Assembly (NCBI GenBank): GCA_965637545.1
Contig: OZ281494.1
Span: 5,456,001-5,520,000, forward strand
DNA from: Phallusia mammillata
Taxonomy: Eukaryota
Direction of reading: 5' to 3'
DNA length: 64,000 nucleotides
Under the pieces are notes generated by a model. The model was not told where the DNA came from, did no database searches, and was given only the letters and a program-made list of their open reading frames with translations. Positions 13,569-22,541 of the stretch are shown piece by piece (within the stretch, counting starts at the first letter, position 1; the number at the start of each line of letters is the position of its first letter). The position numbers were made by a program, and so were the translations under genes.

Positions 13569-14630
13569 TATTTAAAAAAATCAAAGTGTCTATGTATTTG
13601 CTTGCATACTGACAGAACTAAAAAAGCATATGACTTTAGTGGTGAGCTCATCGTAATTTCATGCACCCTACACTTGCGGTATTGCCCCTTTTTTGGGCCT
13701 AAAATCTTATTCCATAATGTTATTATCCAGTCATTTTGTTTTAATTAAAATTACTAGAGTAAAGCGTAGCCTGCCATGTTCTTTAACTCCAAAACCAGTG
13801 ATAACCGCCGGGACACAGCATTTTTGTAACGGTTCTGCTTTTTTTGACTGACACAACGTAACCTAACTGAACAACAATTTAAAACAGTTGAAATGCGAAC
13901 ACAACTTACGCGCAAACGAGTTACTCTACAACAGTATGATTCTACACATTAAACAGTTCACTATATAATTTTTGTGTTTCTACAGTTTTGTATGCATTTT
14001 TGTTTTGAATAAACTTTGTTTCATAAGATGATTCCAAATTGTTTTTAAATGTTTTTGCATGTGTCAGGTACCTTAGCCTGTTTGGCCAAGATTTCTGCTC
14101 ATTGTTTAAGGGGTTCGCACCCAGGACACTCCCAGGGCCAATCCCGATCAAGATTTTTTAAGTCTGTTGATGGGTCAGGCGCGCCGGACCATTCGGCCAA
14201 GTTCCTGCCCCCCCCCTTTTTTTTTTTTTCAAGTTCCTGCCCTTTCTTCTCAATTTTACCTGTTGTCAACGTCTTAGGCCCTCTAGCGTCGTCAAGTAGT
14301 AGCGTGTTTATCAACGACCCGGTTTCTTGAACTAACACAGCATTGGATAAACCTTTGCGAAACCAATTCCAGGACACGTCAATGCAGTAAAAGTTTATTT
14401 ACACTCACAAAAATATTTTAAAACTTACTAACAATTGATTTAAATACAAGTATGACTAAAAACACATCGCCTTCGGTACGGTAAAGACCTGCAGTTATCA
14501 GTAATTGCAATCCTTATCAAATGGAAAAATAAGTGCATGAAACCAATAAAATTAAACATGGCCACGTAAAACAGCGCAGCTTGCGTCAGGAGAATACTAG
14601 GGCGCCATGAAACAAGCAGTGTAATTGTAT

Positions 14631-16913
14631 TTAACCCTTAATTGTGGAACGAATCACCGTTTTCCATCTGTGCTTCGCGTTGCAACCCTCTACAAAAGTC
14701 ACGCTGTAGTAATCTCTAAACTGTGGCTCTACGGGACCAAAACGTTGCCATAAACCCCGAGAAAAATGTCGAACAAAGGTTCTGTCTTCTTCTATGTGCT
14801 TAAATGAATACCTTATACCGGCAAAACTTTCACGAAACGATCGCTCATCGCTTTTTATCACATGTTGTTCTCCACAAAATCTACAAGTTAACACTGCAAT
14901 GCCGCTGTTTTGGCAAGTGAGTCTGTCATTAAGCGGTATAGCCAAATTTCCTGCAGTTACGAGGTGAGTTTGTCTCACTGGATTTACCGCTTCACACAAC
15001 TTGCAACGTAGTGCATTGCATCGTTCCGAAAACCCTGCAAAATATGGTACATTTGGTAACAAAAAAGTAACACCTTTTAACACAAACAGCTCATTGAAGA
15101 CGTGATGCCAAATTAGCGGGTAAACAGTCATTCACCACCACCATATGGCAAGGCGTAGGCTAGAAATAAACTAGCGTTCGGTGGGATTCGAAGCTACGAA
15201 ATAAGTCTTTCTGGTACTACCGCTCTACCAACGAAGCTACTCAGGCTTAGCGGCAAACACTCTTAAAGTTGAAACACAAGCACCGTTGCCTGCCTCGTGT
15301 GCTGCACATGTCAGACTCGTAGTTGGGGATCGACGGATACTGGCCAATCTGTCAAGTTTACACTTATTTCATTTTTCGGTGTGTTTAATTTTGCTTACAA
15401 TTTTGCCTTCGAGTTGCTAAACAAACACGCCTTACCTTCAACATCGTCACGCAAGTTTAAGCGTTGCAATGCAACTGCCACGTCATCATCATCCTCTCCT
15501 GCGACAATCAATAAAATGAATATTAAAATAGATCATATTATAAAAAATAATGTAGCAAAATTTGGTTTTAGAACTCTTTTTTATTTTTGTTGGACAAACG
15601 TTTCAAATTAAAACGAAAAAGTTATGTAAATTTCACCGATCATGAGAGTATTTCGACGAAAACACGTAGAAAAGAAAATATTTTGGTTTAGAGTTTTCGT
15701 TTAGAAACGTTGAACTACAGGGTCTAGAAAAAAAAACAGTTGTAATCTATTTTAATGCATCACCTTCTTGTGGAACCAGGCGACATAATTCACGACACTG
15801 ACGTTCAAGATTTTGTTCAGTTTTCCAATCAATCAATGCACGAAACATCGCGTTTCTTCCACCCATCTGTTTAACAATAAAGTTATAGATTACTGGCTTT
15901 TCTATTTCTGTTACCAATTACAGTTTTCTTGATAAGTTTAAACGCTTCAAAAATAAGGCGTGTAATTCAAATACTGGTAAGACTGCAAGTGCAAGTCGTA
16001 AAGGTGCAAGTGCTAGTCGTGCCAGTCATTTTCTGATTTCAGTTGCTCCATCGCGACTGAGCTTGTAGTCTATAAACGAAAACGTTCTAATGTTATCAAA
16101 ACATTACATTTGTCTATTAAACCTCGGTACGTATGCCTTTTCGGTTGGTCGAAACATTTTGACCGAAAATGCCCTTTGCAAGTTTCGATTTACTCTTCAA
16201 AATCTGAAACTATTCTGAATCCCAAAGTCAACGCATAAAGTTTCCTAACTGATCAATTAAAACATATTCAACTTAAGAATTGTTTTTAGTAAAATGGTGT
16301 TATCAACACAACTGACTTGTTTTAAATAACTGTTCTTTCAAACAAGACTTTTTGCAACGGTAATATTCTGCCAACTTTACCAAATCTGAGATATTATTCC
16401 CATCGAGATATCTTTGAACATCCGTAAGTGGAAGTTCACCAAAGCTGTCGTAGACTACATCGTCGACTAATTTATCGCCGTAAGGCGGTAGTCTTGTGGG
16501 TTGCTCGTTTTCTTCGTCTAGAATAAAACAACGGTTGGAAGATACCAACGATAATCGAAGAAATCGTGTCATTTTTAGTTAAAAATGATTTATTACCCGA
16601 AAAGCACAAAAACACTGCAAGTTGAAATCGTTTTTCTTAACGAAATTTTAGTTCGGACTAGCGGGTATAACGGTGTCGTATACTACTCAAATATCATTAA
16701 AGGTCTTCCTTACTAAACAATAACGACTTTATTTTTTTCAGTCCAGTTTGAAAAGCAATGCCATCTGACGCTATTTTAGTCAAAACCTTACACATTGTGA
16801 CAACTACGTCACATACAATTTAAGTTTACTGCTTTAAGTTTAATGTAAATGTGTCAAGGCTGAATCAAATAGGAAAAACAACAACCAAAAACAATAAATC
16901 CTTTACCTGACAT
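14631..16913 (-). CDS. GIY-YIG-like protein, copy 3, with N-terminal helical (possibly death-fold) module (~243 aa)
   Basis: Minus-strand exons 16913-16907, 16517-16381, 16203-16123, 15866-15764 and 15034-14631 with phases 1,0,0,1 give a 732-nt open frame. Last exon has CNALRCKLC, DRLTCQNSGIAVLTCRFCGEQHV and FVRHF. The exon-3 donor (GTTTAA) is the weakest part of the model. Confidence 0.7.
15129..15345 (-). mobile_element. Diverged partial copy of the tRNA-containing element, in the last intron of copy 3
   Basis: Shares CATTCACCACC..ATATGGCAAGGCGTAGGCTAG and CACAAGCACCGTTGCCTGCCTCGT..GGGGATCG with 36690-36890; decayed cloverleaf at 15174-15246. Confidence 0.85.
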
Positions 16914-19730
16914 TTTGAAAGCAACTTTTCGCCATCCGATGAATACAATAAAATGGAACAATGTGGTTCTCCTGGTAAACGATAAACTATAGATTCTACA
17001 TGGTGATATAAACAACAAAGTTAGGCTAGGTTGTTTAACTACCAAAATTTTAGTAGCAATTAATTGAACAAAAACAATGTTTACTGAAATGGGATTTGAA
17101 AGGTCAATGGCAATAGGATGTATCTGTACAATCTACAGTAGCGAAAACAATCTGTTCGGTTTACGGTACCGACAATGCTGTACACCACTAACAGTACAGA
17201 AAAATTGAACTTCTTTAACACCTATACTAAGGTTAAAGCTGCAAATTAGTATCTGCGATAAGGAAGCTTTAACAAGTGCTTCAATTTATATAACAACTAT
17301 AGCCACGAGTTCCACAATTCTCCCAACTAAGAATGCGGAAGTAAAACTTGGAGTTCGCCGTACTCCACACATTTGTAATTGATTTGCGCCACTGGAGTGA
17401 AGTTAATATTTATTTCCCGCTGTGGAAAATCTGAGATCTCAGGTTTTGCCTTCGTATCGAGTTGAACGAAATCTACGGGAGCAAAATAAGTCATCTGAAT
17501 ATATAATTCTAGTGTACAACCTTACGCACTGATCCAAATAGCTTGAAACAAGGCGAGCGTTCTGCTGGGGCTGCTAAGTTTGTCGCAACTTATGTGGAAA
17601 AGTCAATCGTAACACTATATTTTGTTTTGTGTTTAATTATGCCCTGGTAATCTACAAAGGAACAAAAACACAGGTAGCAAAGTCAATACAGCTTACTTCC
17701 ATACTAAAATCGACGCACACTGCAAATGCGCTGATCGAACGTGTTGTGACGTGGTTCATCATGCTACGTGATGTCAGACCGACCCTTGCCTGAAGAAGGA
17801 TGCTGATTTCTTTAATTAATTTTATTTTTGCTACGTTTAAAAATGTTTAAGTAATCCAAAGACCTTTTGACACGCACTGACTGCCAAAGACACTGGATTA
17901 TCCAAAGCTCGTTTAGGCTTCCACAAATTGACACATTGTTATATTTTTTGTCATTGTTTTCCGATTTTGTTTTGTAAATTATTGCAACCGTTCCACTCGT
18001 TTTTTTAATCATACATCTTTTCGCCCTTATGTTGCATTCTCTTGTTTCTGCGTTGCGCCGTATGGGACGGTGCAAGAACCCACAATTTTCATTGGCTAGT
18101 TTTTGACTTATAACAGCAAAGACACATACCAACTAGTAGTCATATTAATCACAACCTAATCAATTATTATTCGACTACCGTTGCACGATCTTAAGGTTGA
18201 CTGACAACTATGTATGCCACTGTTCTGATTTTGTTTTAACCCGACGTAAACCTAAATGAAGCGAAACTTGAGTTTCGTCCCAACCGAGTCACAGCTCCAG
18301 CGAACGTCATTTCCTGCACGTATTGCATTCGCGTCATCATCTTATGTTGAGGCAAACATGAACTCTCACGCGACTTGACGTTAAAGCGAATTGGTAAATG
18401 CTGTTAGAAATACTTGATCCAAAACAACAGTTTGTTACGCACTGACTTTAAAAAAAACCTTGCAAAGCATAAATGTTAGTTTGGCATCGTGTATTTGACA
18501 CTTTGTTAAATTTTTGCCAGTGGACCCCAAAAATATACCACATATTGGAAAAAGAGGGAAACCATCGAAAAAAACCTCGCCGAACTGTTTCAGGCGCCGG
18601 AAGAGGAGCATACATAAAATGTTGATAGCATTTAGGCACTACACTTTGGACTATTGTCTTGGTAATCGAGTAATTTTCATCAGACAAATTTAATAAATGC
18701 CGATAGGTGGCGTAAAGAGCCCTGGTGATTATTTACACATAAAATTCCGGACATGAAATTTGCCGAATGGTCCCGAGCATCTGACCCATATACACGCTTC
18801 ATGAAAACCTGAGCGGGATTCGTACTCGGGAGCATCCTAGGTCCAAACCCCGCGAAAAAATCGGCCCAAAACACTTTTATCGATAATATCAACTGCATAT
18901 AAGTTTAAAGTTAACTAAGTAAGAAGACTAGGGCTTTGTAGTGTGACGAGCCAGAAGGGGTTTCTTTCGGTGGTTTCTTTTTCGAACCCAACCCTCGTTT
19001 CCTAACACGGGTTGTTAGATTCCAGGCCCCCCTCGACCGTTCCCACCATCGTTTCCCCCCAGTCGTGTCATACTTACAGCGCGCCACACTCACTTCTTTG
19101 TGAGCTCCCGCCAGTCCGTCACATAATGCTGCAGCGCGTTCAGCCATTATCCACCAATCGTGCACAACACCTTGTTGCGCTCCATAACGTTTCAACGTTG
19201 CGCAGGTATTCAAACTTGGTAATTTAGTGCAATTGTGTTGGAAATTATTCTTTCATGTAAATTTAATTTAAATGATGCGATCGATTGCAGCTGTAAAACA
19301 AAAGGAATATTTTTTAATCAACGGAACCGAGACACAAACTGACCCAGGGAGATAGAGATTGCACTGATGTACTTATTCGATTATATGCACCTCGTCTAGT
19401 CGCTTTTTGTTGAAATTTCGACTTTTGAATCGTTTAGCACTACAAGAGTATTTTACAAAATGTATGTTTTTACAGAATAAAATATGTATGCTGTATTTTA
19501 TAGATCAAGGGCTTTCGCCGAAAGTGAAAAAAAGAGCCGTATTCTGCAGGTTCTTTTTATTCTGGTGGTATGATCTGTAAATTTCATTGAGCTGATTGCA
19601 ACTGTAATCAAAAGGAATAAATTAAAACTAATTCGGTCAAATAGAGATTGCAATGATATGAAATACTTTATTTAATTCGCACTTTTTTATTTTACAGTGT
19701 CATAACGTTTTTACAATACTGTTCTATTAG

Positions 19731-19964
19731 GCCAAAGTGACAACCGCATTGTCTTGCCGCCATTTGACGAGTTTTGCGAGGGCAATGAATACAATAGCTT
19801 TGGTGATCTTGATTTCACTGATTTGCGAAAATATTTTAAGTGGACACCACTTTGTGTAATCAATCTGTTAGTTTCAGTACACGAATTTGTTTTTGTTTCC
19901 CGGTTTTGTAGGAGTCAGAACGACATATGATTTGACTTACTGACATACCGACATTGTATCAAAG
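19731..19964 (+). pseudogene. Upstream exon(s) of copy 4, homologous to exon 2 of copy 3, with broken frame
   Basis: GQSDNRIVLPPFDEFCEGNEYNSFGDLDFTDLRKYF aligns with LPPYGDKLVDDVVYDSFGELPLTDVQRYL; TGA at 19928-19930 and one extra base relative to the 63.6-kb copy. Confidence 0.65.
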
Positions 19965-20115
19965 GTAGTTTTAAACTTTAACATATTTGGTACTGCATGA
20001 TGTTGAAATGCCAATAATTAAGGTCCCATCAATTTGAAATTTACTAAACTTACAGATTAATTTAGAGGCTATTAGGTTACAATTAGCAGACTAGAACAAC
20101 TTTTCTGTACAACAG

Positions 20116-21029
20116 ATGAATAGTAAAGACGTTATGCGTTCTGCCTTGGATGACTGGATGAAACGGGATCAAGAAAAAAGTAGACGTCAGTACTTAATAC
20201 AATGTGGGGAATCAGCAGAAAGAGGTTAATACCGTCAATTAACAAAGAAAAAAAATCGAATCTATTATTGACTAAATTTGCTGATTTGCACAAATTTATT
20301 ATTCACTAAAACTTAGCGTTGAATACAGATAGCAGGATGCAAACAATTGTAATGTGCCTGTACCGACATTGTTATTTGCGTTTATGATGCCATGCACTGT
20401 TTTCTATTTGGTTTCCATTCATTATTTTATTTCTCAGGACATACATATACCGTTACGACGTAAGCTTTTTTGGTCCCTGTCATATACTAATTCTATTATG
20501 CAATGATCATTTGGCACATAAACTAAGCACAACTGTGGTACTTAATGATTGTGATGTGCATGTAGGATCATCGAGTCGATGCGGTTATGACTGCTCTTTG
20601 TGTAGCGCTGTGGAACAACAGCCGCACGATCACCTTCAAACTTTACAGGAAACAGTTCCACTTTTTCACGACCTGACTTGTGAGGACAGTGGCGTCGCAG
20701 TCCTTACTTGTAGGTTGTGTGGAGAACAACATGTGGTACGGGCCGATGAACAAACATTAAAGGGAAGGTTTGTTGACATACGATCAAAGTTCAAAACAAA
20801 AAATAATGGAAAATTTGTGGAGCATTTTACCAGCGGTGTATGGGAACTGTTTTCCCCTATGCAGCCCAAACTAAGCGATTACTACACTGTAACGTTAGTG
20901 GAACGTTCCACCGTCAAGAAGGACCGGAAAAGGAGATCGACGCTGTGTCGCTATTTCAATGTGGTAGTTCTTGGTTTTGCGCCTAAACTGGCTTATACTT
21001 TTGGGTTTCGGGCCGAGTTCAAACTCTAA
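20116..21029 (+). CDS. GIY-YIG-like protein, copy 4 (~190 aa if initiated at 20116)
   Basis: Exon 20116-20224 (MNSKDVMRSALDDWMKR..., homologous to MGGRNAMFRALIDWK of copy 3, phase 1) and exon 20566-21029 (GSSSRCGYDCSLC, DLTCEDSGVAVLTCRLCGEQHV, FVEHF). Confidence 0.7.
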
Positions 21030-22163
21030 TTTTGCGACCGTCTACTACTGTGACATAAAACTACAAGAACTTGTATGTAGTGTAGTAACTTGATTGTGAA
21101 GTATAGTTATGCTTGTAAATATATGATGTGCATGACTTGTAATTAAAATACAATCTGTGTAGCTTATGACATCATTATTTGAATTTTAAAGCTGGGTCTG
21201 TTCAGGTAGTACTCTAGATATTATGAGCTTTGTTTTGAGAAACATATTATTTGCAAAGAATAATTATGTAGCAAAAGTTACATAAGGTTTGGATTTACTT
21301 CTTTAAAAGATCATGTAATTTTAAATTTTAAAAAGAAAGATTTGCAGCATGTGGTGAGCCACGAATCGCTACTATAAGTAGACATTTGGGCCACAGACCG
21401 AAAAACGATATTCTTGCTTATTTGGCTTTATCATTTGAAAGACTTTAGTTATTTTATCTCTCATCTTGTAAGTTGTAAGGCAAATAGGCGATTGTAAAGT
21501 ATCCTTATTTCCGTTTACATTTTAAGATTATTTGTGGTATCATAAACAGGCACAAAGTGCTAGCTAACAATACGGTTTTACAAGTCTTTTATTGACTGTT
21601 TCAATAAGTTTAAAAACACAAAGCTGTCCTCTGGCTTGCAGGTGCGCCAATTCAAGACGTGCACTGTAACCTTACTTAGAACCGGTTTGAATTGCTGACT
21701 TCGAGAAGCGTTGTGGTCAAAGGCACGTGGTGGATCAAGTAAATATTTTTTCTATTTTGCTGAACGCAAAGGGACGAGAAAAACATTTTCTCAAATCGAC
21801 TTAAGCTATGAAACCAAGCAAACTTCGTTGCGTCACGAATAAACATCCAACGGTTGAAGGGAAACTAAAGAAAACTGCACAAATTCTTTGTGAATCTAAA
21901 ACTTCGTGACATTAATATTATCAACGTCAGATCACGTTTCACGCCCCATTGTCAGATCTAAGGAAGTTTGAATTCGTCGTTGTTTAGTTTCGTATATTTT
22001 TGTTGATATCGGTTTAAGGAAGTTGTTTTGAGTTTCTGTTTGAGCAGTGAGCTAGTGAATCGAAGTTGATTATATTTTGATGGCTACCTCGAGAAATATA
22101 ACTGTAAATTTCCAGACTATTGCAGATGTTCGAAATGCGCTAAACGTTAGGGATTTATATAAG

Positions 22164-22204
22164 CCGACGTTTCGACGTCATATATCAGGTCGCTTTCATC
22201 AGGG
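22164..22204 (-). ncRNA. Degenerate minimal type-I hammerhead ribozyme of the PLE pseudo-LTR kind
   Basis: Minus strand CC-CTGATGA-AAGCGACCTGATATATGACGTC-GAAA-C-GTC-GG: core CUGAUGA/GAAA, palindromic stem III ACGT and a GUC site. Stem II pairs at only ~4 of 7 positions and stem I has 2 bp. Confidence 0.6.
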
Positions 22205-22541
22205 TAAATAACACTGAATGCGCGTGGAACAAGATCAAGGATTTATTCCTGTTGACTTACAGCTGTATTTCGGTTACGTTTCCTCATTTGATTTAAAACA
22301 ATAATCGGTTTCTATGCAAAGTTTTAAATCGAGTTCGGTGCAATAATGAAGTCACTGATTTCTCATCATATTGGCTAAAATGCAAATCAGATCGGAACGA
22401 TTTTCATCAATGTTTTATCGCATAATGCAAAGTCAAGTCGGTGACCAAATTGTTCTCACCAACTTTGTGCCAACTTTGTTACCGACGGTTTGATGTCATG
22501 TATTCAAATTTTCGCAGATTGAGTGCTGCTCGAGTATAATA

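Noticed and set aside
15990-16070. Good acceptor (TTTATAG) on the minus strand inside gene 3
   Set aside because: All three frames stop within ~60 nt; the model is open without it.
18911-19227. Overlapping 100-aa (-) and 71-aa (+) ORFs with splice-like signals on both strands
   Set aside because: Could not be joined in phase to any neighbouring exon and show no recognisable similarity.
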